Source of the DNA: Bryobacterales bacterium
Lineage (GTDB): Bacteria; Acidobacteriota; Terriglobia; Bryobacterales; UBA6623
DNA length: 64,000 bases
Direction: 5' to 3'
Assembly (NCBI GenBank): GCA_965248105.1
Contig: CBDFIK010000006.1
Location: 2,145,926-2,209,925, forward strand
Below are positions 44,701 through 55,851 of this stretch, one piece after another. The notes under the pieces are model-generated. The model did not search any database. It saw nothing but the letters and a program-made list of their open reading frames with translations, and was not told the origin of the DNA. Both the position numbers and the translations under genes were made by a program. Every line of letters begins with the position of its first letter. Position 1 is the stretch's first letter.

Positions 44701-45057
44701 GCGAACGTAGATGTTGCAGTGGTCGGCGTAACGGCAAAAGCGGTGGCCGCGTCGGAAGAGGATCTCACGGCACGAGAAGTGCCTTACGAAACCGGCGTGG
44801 CGAAGTTTCGCGAGCTGTCCCGGGTTCAGATCAGCGGCCGTCGAATCGGACTCCTCAAGCTTTTGTTCCATCGGGAGAATCTGAAGCTGCTGGGCGTGCA
44901 CATCCTGGGGGAAAGAGCCACCGAGTTGGCCCACATCGGCCAAGCCATCATCGATCATGGCGGGACGGTCGAGTACCTGCGCGATGCCGTGTTCAATTAC
45001 CCCACTTTGGCGGAGGCTTATAAGGTGGCCGCCTTGGATGGGAGGAACAAGTTGTGA
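44701..45057 (+). pseudogene. sthA: Soluble pyridine nucleotide transhydrogenase C-terminal fragment (about the last 115 codons only)
   Basis: ..[56 protein letters not shown]...[21 protein letters not shown]. Confidence 0.7.
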
Positions 45058-45527
45058 GTTTTTGGTATCGGGCAACCGCTGCGCCTCCGGCTGAGGTAGA
45101 AACTTGCTGCGAGTTCCACCCGCCTGTCCGATGCGGGCCGACAAAGTGTCCGTCCTGTGGGACATTGAGCAGGCCCGCGCAGCGCCTAACGGTGGGCGCG
45201 TTGCTCAGACCGGAGCGCCGAGTGGAAATTCCGTACCAGGATGAGTTCTGTTTTTGCCGGACGGCTGACCGTGACGTGGCGTGCTTCCGGCCCAACGAGG
45301 CGCTGTTTCGGAAGGACGACTTGACGGTACGGGTGCACCAAAAGGAGCTGGACGATCCGACGGTGCCGGTCTGCTACTGCTTTGGCTGGACACCCGAGAA
45401 GATCCGTGCCGAGATCGAGAGTACGGGAAAGAGCGCTGCTATTGAGCAGATCAAGGCCCAGGTCAAAGCTGATAACTGTTACTGTGAGGTCCTAATCCTC
45501 AGGGCTCGTGCTGCCTGGGCAACGTGA
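45054..45527 (+). CDS. CopZ-family Cys-rich metal-binding protein with a 3' frameshift
   Basis: [21 protein letters not shown] and CYCEV are in frame. The conserved ending [11 protein letters not shown] is encoded in the +2 frame from ~45494. Confidence 0.5.
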   Translation: MSFWYRATAAPPAEVETCCEFHPPVRCGPTKCPSCGTLSRPAQRLTVGALLRPERRVEIPYQDEFCFCRTADRDVACFRPNEALFRKDDLTVRVHQKELDDPTVPVCYCFGWTPEKIRAEIESTGKSAAIEQIKAQVKADNCYCEVLILRARAAWAT

Positions 45528-45532
45528 GCCGA

Positions 45533-45768
45533 TTACCTGGCTTCGACCAGTTGCCGGTACAGACCATAGCCGCAGGGCCCGGCTTCATAGCAGAACTGCA
45601 ACCGTAGGTCGGGGCCATCGAGTCGCAAGAGCAGCCGCCTTACCTCCTCTGGCCGGTTTTTGATCTCACCCCAGTAGCGTGGTTCCCCGCCGCGGCCCTC
45701 AGCCACCGCCACCGCGATGGTCTCTTTGTGCACGTCCCATCCGATGTACTTGCTAAACTTCCCCATGA
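45533..45768 (-). mobile_element. IS110-family transposase N-terminal fragment
   Basis: From ATG 45768: MGKFSKYIGWDVHKETIAVAVAEGRGGEPRYWGEIKNRPEEVRRLL...FCYEAGPCGYGLYRQLVEAR, then a stop. The C-terminal catalytic domain is absent. Confidence 0.7.
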
Positions 45769-46319
45769 CCTGTCCTCTTCGATGCGGCTCTGCGCATCTG
45801 GTCTCTACGCTAGAAGCGTAATCCGCGACTTCGCAGCATGGACAGGTCACTCCATCTTCTCTATGCGTGATCGCTAGCTCGTAACATCCCCTCCAACAAA
45901 AGCCACTTGGCCTAATTTCGCCGGTTGGGGAATGAAAGTCCCCTTCTCGCCCATTGGCTCGACCGTATGGCCCTGATCTGCATAGACGCTCCCCCAAAGG
46001 CGTAGCATTCACCTATCGGCCAGCCCAACCAACAGGGGGTTGCGGCGTACGGTTAAGGTCCGCATTCCGCCTATTCTTGCTATCGCGTTTTCCTTCGGCA
46101 TTTATGAGACAGCTAGATAGCTTCTAGTGTCCCACCGTCCGGTATCGGGTAATCCCCGCCGTTGACTTCCGGTTTCAAACTCTGAGACGATGGGTCCAGC
46201 TGTGGAAGCGACAGACTCTCTTCGATAAGACGGCGCCCGAGTCCGGCCGTGGGTCAGCCTTTTGCCTCTTCAGTGTGGATTTCCTGGGACGTTACCTACC
46301 CCGGGGCAAAGGAGCGGAA

Positions 46320-46667
46320 ATGAAGCTTTATGTGGGCAATTTGTCCTATGATGCGACCGAAGGAGACTTGGAAAAATGGTTTACCGAGGCCGCGGTTGCG
46401 GTGGACAGTGTTACCTTGGTGCGCGACCGCTTTTCCGGACAGGCGCGCGGCTTTGGGTTTGTCGAAATCAACGATGACGAGCAAGCCGAGGCCGCCATTC
46501 AGAGCTGCAACGGCAAAGAGCTGATGGGTCGTCCCTTGGTCGTGAACGAAGCCCGTCCCAAAGTGCCGCGAATGGACGGTGGCGGAGGCGGCGGGGACTA
46601 TGGAGGCGATCGGCGCGGCGGGCCTGCGGGCAAGCGTGGCAAGCGCGGCCGGCCGAAGCGCTGGTAA
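46320..46667 (+). CDS. RRM (RNP-1) RNA-binding protein with Gly/Arg-rich tail
   Basis: MKLYVGNLSYDATEGDLEKWF...RGFGFVEI. RBS aaaggag. Confidence 0.88.
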   Translation: MKLYVGNLSYDATEGDLEKWFTEAAVAVDSVTLVRDRFSGQARGFGFVEINDDEQAEAAIQSCNGKELMGRPLVVNEARPKVPRMDGGGGGGDYGGDRRGGPAGKRGKRGRPKRW

Positions 46668-46736
46668 GCTTGGGCCACGAGACTCTACGACGGGTCAGGG
46701 GGGTCTAACAGCCCAACTTTAGGCCTGGGTTAGTAG

Positions 46737-46782
46737 TCCGTTTCATAAGTTCGGTCACGTATATCTAGAAGCCAGGTGGACG
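46737..46782 (-). repeat. Dispersed 46-nt repeat, copy B (inverted relative to copy A)
   Basis: The reverse complement, cgtccacctggcttctagatatacgtgaccgaacttatgaaacgga, matches 28210-28255. Confidence 0.85.
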
Positions 46783-46794
46783 ATCGGGAACTTC

Positions 46795-46866
46795 GGGCAC
46801 GGCATGCCGTGCCCCTACATTTCCAGGCACCCAATAGAACCTGTAGGGGCACATGCTGCGCCCGCC
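46795..46866. repeat. REPIN-like doublet: two inverted REP palindromes
   Basis: gggcacggcatgccgtgccc-ctac (46795-46818), a ~24-nt spacer, then gtag-gggcacatgctgcgccc (46843-46863). Confidence 0.7.
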
Positions 46867-47465
46867 GGCACTCCAGCCGCCCGGAGACGTAAACAGTAAG
46901 CTGAAGCTTACTCAACCTTAGCTCCAGTCCTGGATGCAAAAATGGGGCCTCTGCGGCCTCCGTTTGTACGGAGTATCTCTTGCCCCATAGAACAGGGGCG
47001 CCTCGCTCGCCAGTACGAGAATTTTCTCCTAGGGCGCTGTCGGTCCGACTCCAATCAGCCCGTCACGGACGGCAGCTTATGTCTTTTCAACACTTTCCAG
47101 GCCATCGCGCGGGGAGATCCTGGCGCTCACGGTACACTAAACTCAGCAGGATGATCCAGGAAAATGTGACTAAAGTGTCGGAGGACCTGGAAGCTGCGGG
47201 TGGGTGCCATCGGCGCTTCTTCACGCCCTCCAATGGCCTTCTTGCCCGGAGAAAGCGGCCAATTCAAAGAGAATTGCCAAACAAACCCAATTGGAATACA
47301 AACCAAGCAATTGCAATCAGTTACACTTCATCCCTGAGACGAAGAAAAGGAGTAGACCAGAGGCAAGACCAATCTAACGACCGTCCCTGCGCTTTTCCCG
47401 CGGCTAAGGAATCAACCCGTGCTGCCGGGGTTGTCCTGATTCCACTTAGCCCGTAGCCGCATCGA

Positions 47466-49028
47466 TCAGACCGGCGCGTCAGTTGGGGGCAGCGAAGCGC
47501 GCCAGCCTTCGTGCAGCATGCCCGTGAGCCCGTTGACTAGACTCAGGTTGTTCGGGCTATTCGCAATATTGGAGTTCTCTTGGGGGTCGGTTTCGTGGTC
47601 GTATAGCTCGCGGGCGCGGAAACCCGTTTCCCTAACCAGCCACTCGGTATAGCGGTAGCGTTCTGTTCGCATGGAGTATCCCATGCCATCCCCAGCGCCG
47701 GGGATCTCGCGTGGATATTGGCTAAAAGCAGCGCGCTTCCACAGTCTGTCAGGATCTCGGAAGAGCGGTACGAAGCTTGACCCTTCCAAGCCGTCGGGGC
47801 GCTCCACGTCGCAGATGTCACAAAGAGATGGATAGACATCGACCAACTCCGTGAGTGCGTTGGTTTTGCGGCCCGCCCCCCGCTGGCCGGGAACGCTGAC
47901 AATTAACGGCGTGCGGGTGGCGGTTTCGAAATTGGTGTACTTGTTCCATAGACCATGCTCACCCAGGTGATAGCCGTGGTCACCCCACAGAACAATCACA
48001 GTCCTTTCGCGCAGCCCGAGCTCTTCCAGGGCAGCTAGCAGGCGGCCGATCTGGGCGTCCACGTAGCTCACCGCCGCGTAGTAGCCGCGGACGAGTTCCC
48101 GCGCCTTGTGTTCGGGTACACTTCCCGACATTGGTATGTCCGTGTAGGCACGGAGCTCCGCGGAATCGTGCAAGGCGAAGGGAGGGGCGTAGGCGGGAGG
48201 GAACACATTCTTCGCCGCCTCGGTGATCCCCGGGTAGAGGTCGTAATACTTTTTGGGCGCGACGAAGGGCAGGTGGGGCTTTAAGAAGCCGACCGCCAGG
48301 AAAAACCGCTTGTTGCGGATCTTGTTTAGTGTGCCGATAGCTTGTTCGGCTGTTTTGCCATCGGGAAGCGCTTCGTCGGTCAAGTCGGGGCTCTCCCAAC
48401 TCCGCATTTTCCATTCGACTGCTTCGCCCAGGGCTTGTCGTTTCGACGGGTTATAGAAATACGTTTCCTTCGAGACCCAGCCGGACTGTCGTAGTCGATC
48501 CCACCGCCGCCGGGCGGAGGCCTTATTCTCTTGGCTGCCCCACTCAAAGCCGTCGGGAATCCAGGGCGGCACACTCCACGAGTGGGGATCGTCAAGCTGC
48601 GGCTTGTGGTAAATCTTGCTGAAGGCCGTTGTGAGATAGCCGTTTCGCTTGAACTGCTGGGGCAAGGTTATGACGTTGGGCAGGTAGCGGCGAAAATGCG
48701 TCTTGGCGTCGTAAATTTGCGTTGTGTCGGGACGCCGTCCCGTCAGAAGCGACGTTCTCGACGGACTCGATGTTGCCTGCTGGCAATAGGCTCGTAGGAA
48801 GGTGAACCCTTGGTCGGCGATAGAGTCGATGTGGGGCGTGTGGACGGTGCGATTGCCGTAGCAACCCAGCTCGGGACGCAAGTCGTCGACGGCAATGAAA
48901 AGCAGGTTCAGCTCGGGGTTTTTCTTTTTCTTGGCTCGTAGGGGATCGGAACGTCCTGACAAGGCCACCAGGGGAGCGGCTTGCAGTCCGCGACGAAGGA
49001 AGGTTCGACGAGAATGTGCGCTCATCAC
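47466..49028 (-). CDS. Sulfatase (iduronate-2-sulfatase-like), Ser-type, TAT signal
   Basis: N-terminus SRRTFLRRGLQAAP. Active-site block YCQQATSSPSRTSLLTGRRPDTT has Ser where Cys-type enzymes have Cys (..AVCAPSR..). Confidence 0.88.
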   Translation of the reverse strand: MMSAHSRRTFLRRGLQAAPLVALSGRSDPLRAKKKKNPELNLLFIAVDDLRPELGCYGNRTVHTPHIDSIADQGFTFLRAYCQQATSSPSRTSLLTGRRPDTTQIYDAKTHFRRYLPNVITLPQQFKRNGYLTTAFSKIYHKPQLDDPHSWSVPPWIPDGFEWGSQENKASARRRWDRLRQSGWVSKETYFYNPSKRQALGEAVEWKMRSWESPDLTDEALPDGKTAEQAIGTLNKIRNKRFFLAVGFLKPHLPFVAPKKYYDLYPGITEAAKNVFPPAYAPPFALHDSAELRAYTDIPMSGSVPEHKARELVRGYYAAVSYVDAQIGRLLAALEELGLRERTVIVLWGDHGYHLGEHGLWNKYTNFETATRTPLIVSVPGQRGAGRKTNALTELVDVYPSLCDICDVERPDGLEGSSFVPLFRDPDRLWKRAAFSQYPREIPGAGDGMGYSMRTERYRYTEWLVRETGFRARELYDHETDPQENSNIANSPNNLSLVNGLTGMLHEGWRASLPPTDAPV

Positions 49029-49301
49029 GGCTGGGTTTCGAGAGCTTGCGAGGACCCGATAGGCTCTCCTTCAGCCTATCGTACTTCTCACTGGCGGAGC
49101 AGTGGTCGCACTCGGCCAGGTTGAGTCCACGGCCGGTGGCCAAGCGGAGGTGCTAGAGCACTTCAAAGTCGCTGACGAGCTGATGCCCGGTTCGGAGGGA
49201 TACAAAAGAACCTGGTGCGGACTTGTCTTTCGATGACCGCTTGCTCGCAATGAAGGCGCTGCGCTTGGGCTCAGTGCCGGTCCCGCTGGCACGGGCTGAC
49301 T

Positions 49302-50753
<1,452 letters not shown>

Positions 50754-50871
50754 CAGATGCCCGCTCCCGGTCCCTACTATACGTATCGGGTCTCGATGTT
50801 TGTGAGAGTAGCAAACTGTTTCAGGCGAATGAGATTGACGTTCCAAAGGGATCTGTAGTAAGAACGAGCGG

Positions 50872-52098
50872 CTAGTCCCGCTGATAGGCACGCTTCAGCA
50901 GTTGCCGCGCCTCTTGGCGCGAGTCGGCGAAGTCCTCGAATTCGAGGACAGATCCGTAGTGGTGTAATGCTTGCTGACGGCTCCCCATTCGGTCATAGGT
51001 CTTCCCCATCTCGAGGTGAGCAACGACTCTTGAAAGCGTGGAAGTGGAGGCGTCCTCGAGAGATTTCCGAAACCACGAGGCCGAGTGCTCGAACTCTTCA
51101 CGAACACGAAAGGTAACGCCGAGCCGATTGTGCACGATCGCCGGTTCCAGTCTGTCGTAACTGTCCTGGCTGTCTTGAATTTTTCGTAAGATGTCTCGGT
51201 ACACCGTGACCGCAGCGTCGGTACGATCCATCAGCATGGCGATACCGCCCATATCCAAGTGGACCAAGTAGTTTTTGGGATAGCGCTTCAGTAACACCGA
51301 CATCTCGTCGAAAGCGGCCTGCAAGTTTTTCTCGCGGGTGTAGATAAGTGTCAGAATGACGCGGGCATCGTCGGCGACGAGCTGCGCCTTTTCCGTACAT
51401 ATACGAAGCTCGCGCTTTCCTTCTTCTCGGCTACCTCGGTAACCGAGCATGAAGGCGAGCCATTTGACGTTCCAGCCCAGCCGGCCAACCACGTAGTGGA
51501 ACACGCCCGTGCTGAGGTAGGCGTCGTAGAAGGAGGGGTCGCGGCGGAGCAGCTCGGAGTGGTAGCGGAAGGTCTTGCTGCCGGCACGAAACGATGCCCA
51601 CCAGCTCCTCTTCAGCGAGGCTTCGAAGCTAGCGAGGTTTTGGTAAGCTAGGCCCAGCAAAAACAGCGTAGTGCGGTCGTTCGGTTGGCTCTTCAGTCGC
51701 TCTCGCCCTTTGGCGATGGCCAGGTCATTCGCTTGGCGGAACCGCTGCTCGACAGTGGGATCGACTTTCGGTGTGTACTTCACCGTCTCGGCAAAAAAGT
51801 CGGAAGCTGCAAAGCGGTCGATACTGAGTTCTTGCTTCGAGACGAGCTCTTGAAGCCAGTACGTTTTGGCGAGGTAGGTGTACCCGGCCGGGTCATCGGG
51901 AGACTCATCAATCATCGCCTGATAGATTTCGGCGGCGCGGTCGTGCTCCAGGTTGTAGATCGCTCCGACGCCCTGCTGAATGCGTTCCATTTGTCGAGCG
52001 GGGAACAGGGGTTCGCCTGCGACGGCTGTGGCGCCAAGCAGGGACAGCGACAACAACACGGGTCCGACGGGGCTCAGATAGACGATCGTATCCTTCAT
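50872..52098 (-). CDS. Exported TPR-like hypothetical protein
   Basis: Signal peptide. Helical-repeat composition. ATGA overlap with the stop of the upstream kinase gene (52095-52098). Confidence 0.6.
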   Translation of the reverse strand: MKDTIVYLSPVGPVLLSLSLLGATAVAGEPLFPARQMERIQQGVGAIYNLEHDRAAEIYQAMIDESPDDPAGYTYLAKTYWLQELVSKQELSIDRFAASDFFAETVKYTPKVDPTVEQRFRQANDLAIAKGRERLKSQPNDRTTLFLLGLAYQNLASFEASLKRSWWASFRAGSKTFRYHSELLRRDPSFYDAYLSTGVFHYVVGRLGWNVKWLAFMLGYRGSREEGKRELRICTEKAQLVADDARVILTLIYTREKNLQAAFDEMSVLLKRYPKNYLVHLDMGGIAMLMDRTDAAVTVYRDILRKIQDSQDSYDRLEPAIVHNRLGVTFRVREEFEHSASWFRKSLEDASTSTLSRVVAHLEMGKTYDRMGSRQQALHHYGSVLEFEDFADSRQEARQLLKRAYQRD

Positions 52099-54062
52099 GA
52101 GGTCGGCAAGATAACCGTAACGCGGGTTCCTCGATCGTGCGAGACGGGGCTCTCAATCTGGATTTCACCGCCCAGTTGGCGAACATTTTTCTTGGTGATC
52201 GCGAGCCCTAGGCCGGTCCCTTTTTGTTTCGTGGTATAGAAAGGCTCGAACACCCGCTGTTGCAACTCTTCAGGAATGCCCGGCCCCTGGTCAGCCACAA
52301 CGATGGCTACTTTTCCGGGTGAGCGGGGCTGAACTTCCACCGTCACCTGGGATCCTGACGGCGAGGCCTGGATGGCGTTCAAGGCCAGATTGAGCACAAT
52401 CTGTTGCACGAGTTCCGGACTAGATCCCTCGATCCGAATCCGCGGTCCGGCGATATACTCTACTCGAACGCCGTTTGCTGCTTGTTGGCGCGCAAGCGTA
52501 CCGGTCATCGTTTCCAATAAGCCGGTAAGATCAATCGTGCTTTTCGTCTCCGGCGCCGGCCGTGAGAACGTGAGCAGCTGTCGAACGCTACTGTTCAGGC
52601 GATCGACCTCGGCGACCATATAAGACAAATCGCGCGAGTATCGCTGCTTGACCTCTGGGTCTTCCCCCATGAGTTGCGCGAGGGTTTTAATCGAGCTTAG
52701 CGGGTTCTTGACCTCGTGTGCGATCGTAGCGGCCGCTTTGCCGAGGCGCGCCAGGTGTTCTTGTTGCAGCAGCGTTTTCTCGAGGCCGATTTTCTCGTCG
52801 ACCACGCGGCAAGTCTCGATCGAATGGGAAATCTGCCGGCAGAGGCCGAGCAGAATGGGCTCGTCCTGGTCGAGGTAGACGCGCGGTGACGTATCGAGCA
52901 GCAGGAAGCCCGTCAAGTGATCCTCGTACCTCAGAGCGAATAGGTAGTTGAAATCGGAGTCGGTCAAAATCTCACGGAGTTCGGGATGGCCGGTCTCGCG
53001 CTGATGGACAAGTTCTACCTTCTGACCACGGGTCGCTTGCTCAAGTCTGCGGATATCGCCGGGGGTTATCCTCGGCTCCTTCGGGCCGAATTGTCCAAGG
53101 ACAATTCGGCCACCGCTGGTTGCCAGAACAGCCCGTCGCAGATCGAATGTTCGGCCCACTTCTTCCGCGAGAAATTGAACGCGCTTTTCCAAATCAAGAA
53201 TGCCGGCGGCCTCTTCGATAACTCGCTTGCTAAAGTCGTCATAGAGCTGAGTTCTCTTGGAAACGAATCGGTTCATCCAGGCGTAGAGGGGTAGCCAGAT
53301 CAAAGCGGCGGCGGAGATCAGAGCCAGCTCGGTCAGGGGGCCAAGAAAGTCGAACTCGTCTTCTACGAAGTCGGCTACGCGGCGGACCAGAAAGAGGTAG
53401 AACGCCGAGAAAACACCGAGGACAAGGGCGAAAACAAGACGCCGGCTAATCAGCAGTCCCAGAAAGTCGTAGCGGTAGACGAAATAGGCGAAGCAGACGG
53501 CGGGCACGAGGGCCGTCCAAACGACCAGAGCGGAATTCTCGCCTATCAAAACGCCGACCGTGGGGGCAAGTAGGCTCGCCGCCGACCAACGGAAGAACTT
53601 CCGGTACAAGGGGTTTGACTCGCGACTAGCAGCCAGCAGCCCCAGCACGCATGTCACAACAAGGATGCCGGCCAGAGCGAAGCGATAGCCGCCTAGACGA
53701 TGCGTTGCAAGCATCCACAAGGTAATTGGGACAGCCCCGTATCCGACCACGGCTGGCCAGACCGAGCGTTTCGCCCAGACCAATCCCAGGTGAAGTAGCA
53801 GGGCTGGTGTCAGTGCCAGACCAACTCGGGCGATTTGGTCAAGAAGGTTGAGAAAAGGACCCGGCTCGGTGCCGGTGTTGATTCGGACAAACATTGCCAG
53901 CGCGTTGCCGGCGTGCCACATCCCGGCAGATGTGATGACGGCGAGCAACAAGCGATCGGGTCTAGCCGCCCCGGGTTTGCGCGCCACCAGGACGCCCAGA
54001 AACAGGTGCAGGGCGGTTCCAACCGCGAAGCCCAAGAACCGCAGTGTGAAGTCGAGCAGCAT
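52095..54062 (-). CDS. Sensor histidine kinase with polytopic N-terminal sensor domain
   Basis: From ATG 54062 there are 6-7 TM segments. H-box IAHEVKNPLSSI. ATPase motifs NLALNAIQA, DQGPGIP, GTGLGLAI. Confidence 0.85.
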   Translation of the reverse strand: MLLDFTLRFLGFAVGTALHLFLGVLVARKPGAARPDRLLLAVITSAGMWHAGNALAMFVRINTGTEPGPFLNLLDQIARVGLALTPALLLHLGLVWAKRSVWPAVVGYGAVPITLWMLATHRLGGYRFALAGILVVTCVLGLLAASRESNPLYRKFFRWSAASLLAPTVGVLIGENSALVVWTALVPAVCFAYFVYRYDFLGLLISRRLVFALVLGVFSAFYLFLVRRVADFVEDEFDFLGPLTELALISAAALIWLPLYAWMNRFVSKRTQLYDDFSKRVIEEAAGILDLEKRVQFLAEEVGRTFDLRRAVLATSGGRIVLGQFGPKEPRITPGDIRRLEQATRGQKVELVHQRETGHPELREILTDSDFNYLFALRYEDHLTGFLLLDTSPRVYLDQDEPILLGLCRQISHSIETCRVVDEKIGLEKTLLQQEHLARLGKAAATIAHEVKNPLSSIKTLAQLMGEDPEVKQRYSRDLSYMVAEVDRLNSSVRQLLTFSRPAPETKSTIDLTGLLETMTGTLARQQAANGVRVEYIAGPRIRIEGSSPELVQQIVLNLALNAIQASPSGSQVTVEVQPRSPGKVAIVVADQGPGIPEELQQRVFEPFYTTKQKGTGLGLAITKKNVRQLGGEIQIESPVSHDRGTRVTVILPTS

Positions 54063-54066
54063 AGGT

Positions 54067-55323
54067 TCAGCTCGGGCCGTCGATCGGCAAGGTGATGATG
54101 AACTTTGTTCCGGCGCCGGCGCGGCTTTCGACGTCGATCCGGCCGTGGTGCGCCTGCAAGATCTGGTAGCAAATGGGCAACCCCAACCCCACTCCGACAC
54201 GCACTCCCTTAGTCGTAAACCCGGGATCGAAGATCTTGCTCAGATGGTCTTGGTCGATGCCCGAGCCATTGTCTTGAATCTCGATTTGAACGGAGTCCTC
54301 GTGACGACGAGTACGGATGTGGACGACCCCGTCGACGCCGGCGTGGCGAATCGCGTCGCGAGCGTTGAGCAGAAGATTCATGAAAACCTGATTGATCTCC
54401 CGGGGAGCGCAGTAGACCTCGGGGATGTCTCCGAATTCCCGCTTGAGCTCGATGTTGGGGGTGAGTTCGTGTTGCATCAGGCTTAAAGTGTTTTCGATGC
54501 CGTCGTGGATCTGCACGGTTTGAAAACCACCGCGGTCGAGCTGTGCGAACTCCCGAAGTTTAGCTACTGTCTGGGAAATCCTCGCGGAGGCTTGGTGCAA
54601 CTGGACGGCGATTTCCGGTAGTTGGGCGACAATCCGGGAGGTGCTGGAGTCACCGGCCGACGGCTCGGTCAAACTAGCCTTGAGCCTGGTGGCGGCGGTT
54701 TCTATCGTTTTCAGACCACTCTGAAGCACACCCAGCGGGGTGTTCATTTCGTGCGCAATACCGGCAACCAGTCGTCCCAGGGAAGCCATTTTTTCAGCCT
54801 GCACAAGGGCTGTCTGGGATGCTTTTAGTTCCGCTAGAGTTTGTTGAAGCCGGCTCAGATAGCGGCGATTTTCACGCAGGAGGCGCTGTTTATCGATGGC
54901 GTTACGGATGATCACCCGCAGATCGGCAACCTCGAAGGGTTTCGAGATGTAGTTGTAGGCTCCGAGCCGGAGCGCTTTCACGGCGACTTCTTCTGAGCCG
55001 TAGGCGGTAATTAGGACGACTAGAGGAACTTCGGCCTCGTCTTTTGCCTGGGCTTGGAGATGTTTGAGAAGGGAAAGCCCGTCCATCGCGGGCATGTTGA
55101 TGTCAGAGAGAACGACGTCGGGCTGGAACTGCTGGATCGTTTGCAGGGCTTGGTCGCCGTCGGAAGCCTCTTGGATTTCGTATCCCTGACTCGACAACGC
55201 GCGGACAATTCCGTACCGAGCGGCTTCCTCGTCGTCAATGACCAAGACTTTCGGCGGACGCTCCAATGGAGACTCGCTTGAGAGCAAGGCCGGGCCACAA
55301 CGCGGCACCTCGACGTAGCGCAC
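54067..55323 (-). CDS. Hybrid response-regulator receiver + histidine kinase
   Basis: Receiver motifs VLVIDDEE...DVVLSDINMPAMDG. H-box IAHEMNTPLGVL, plus DNGSGI and GVGLGLPI. The start is uncertain: GTG 55323 or TTG 55287. Upstream track ORF residues cover a REP palindrome. Confidence 0.8.
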   Translation of the reverse strand: MRYVEVPRCGPALLSSESPLERPPKVLVIDDEEAARYGIVRALSSQGYEIQEASDGDQALQTIQQFQPDVVLSDINMPAMDGLSLLKHLQAQAKDEAEVPLVVLITAYGSEEVAVKALRLGAYNYISKPFEVADLRVIIRNAIDKQRLLRENRRYLSRLQQTLAELKASQTALVQAEKMASLGRLVAGIAHEMNTPLGVLQSGLKTIETAATRLKASLTEPSAGDSSTSRIVAQLPEIAVQLHQASARISQTVAKLREFAQLDRGGFQTVQIHDGIENTLSLMQHELTPNIELKREFGDIPEVYCAPREINQVFMNLLLNARDAIRHAGVDGVVHIRTRRHEDSVQIEIQDNGSGIDQDHLSKIFDPGFTTKGVRVGVGLGLPICYQILQAHHGRIDVESRAGAGTKFIITLPIDGPS

Positions 55324-55399
55324 AGACGTGGCGCGCGCATTCTTGCGTGCCGTGTCGCCATTCGTGGCGACATCTCGCCCGCTGCCGCGCCGGAGCAAC

Positions 55400-55423
55400 G
55401 TAGGGGCACGGTATGCCGTGCCC
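55400..55423. repeat. REP-like palindrome (GTAG-flanked)
   Basis: gtag-gggcacgg-tatg-ccgtgccc. Same core as 46795-46814. Confidence 0.7.
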
Positions 55424-55851
55424 GCAACACCCACGTGGCGCACGCCTCTCAGCGTGCCGCGTCGAGACTCTTCTCGACGCCTGGGTCGCTTCGCCTACCG
55501 CGGCGTAGCGCAGGGCTGCGCGGTCGTTTGGCCCAGACCGGCGGCCTTTTCTACCCCGGTTCGAGCGCGTAACGCGGCCAAAAGGCGCCGGGCGAAAAAT
55601 GGAAAAATGGGGACTGCCACAAATTCGCTCGCCATGATGGCCCTCGAAAAAAAGCACCTGCCCGAGGCGAACTGGCCGGCTGCACCCGATTCTTCAAATC
55701 GCTGTCGAGTATTCTACAATAGCTCACGACAAGGGCTGCGGGAAGGTAATGTTGCCTATTTCGAAACGCCTCCGTTGTCAAAGATCCTTGCAACCGACCA
55801 CTCTAGTAGGCTACGATCTTCGGGTTTCTGATTACGCTCTGGATTCGCCGG

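Noticed and set aside
49029-49301. Protein-like minus-strand stretch (..ATGRGLNLAECDHCSASEKYDRLKESL..) between the sulfatase and pyruvate kinase genes
   Set aside because: It is short and interrupted by stops, with no start or RBS and no recognisable family.
50754-50891. 46-residue N-terminal extension of pyruvate kinase overlapping the TPR gene
   Set aside because: The canonical MRKTKIVGTLGP start is at 50753, and the extension has no homology logic.
55324-55443. N-terminal 40 residues of the 458-aa hybrid kinase ORF
   Set aside because: This stretch is translated from a REP palindrome (GVAGTAYRAP). The receiver domain begins ~65 residues in.
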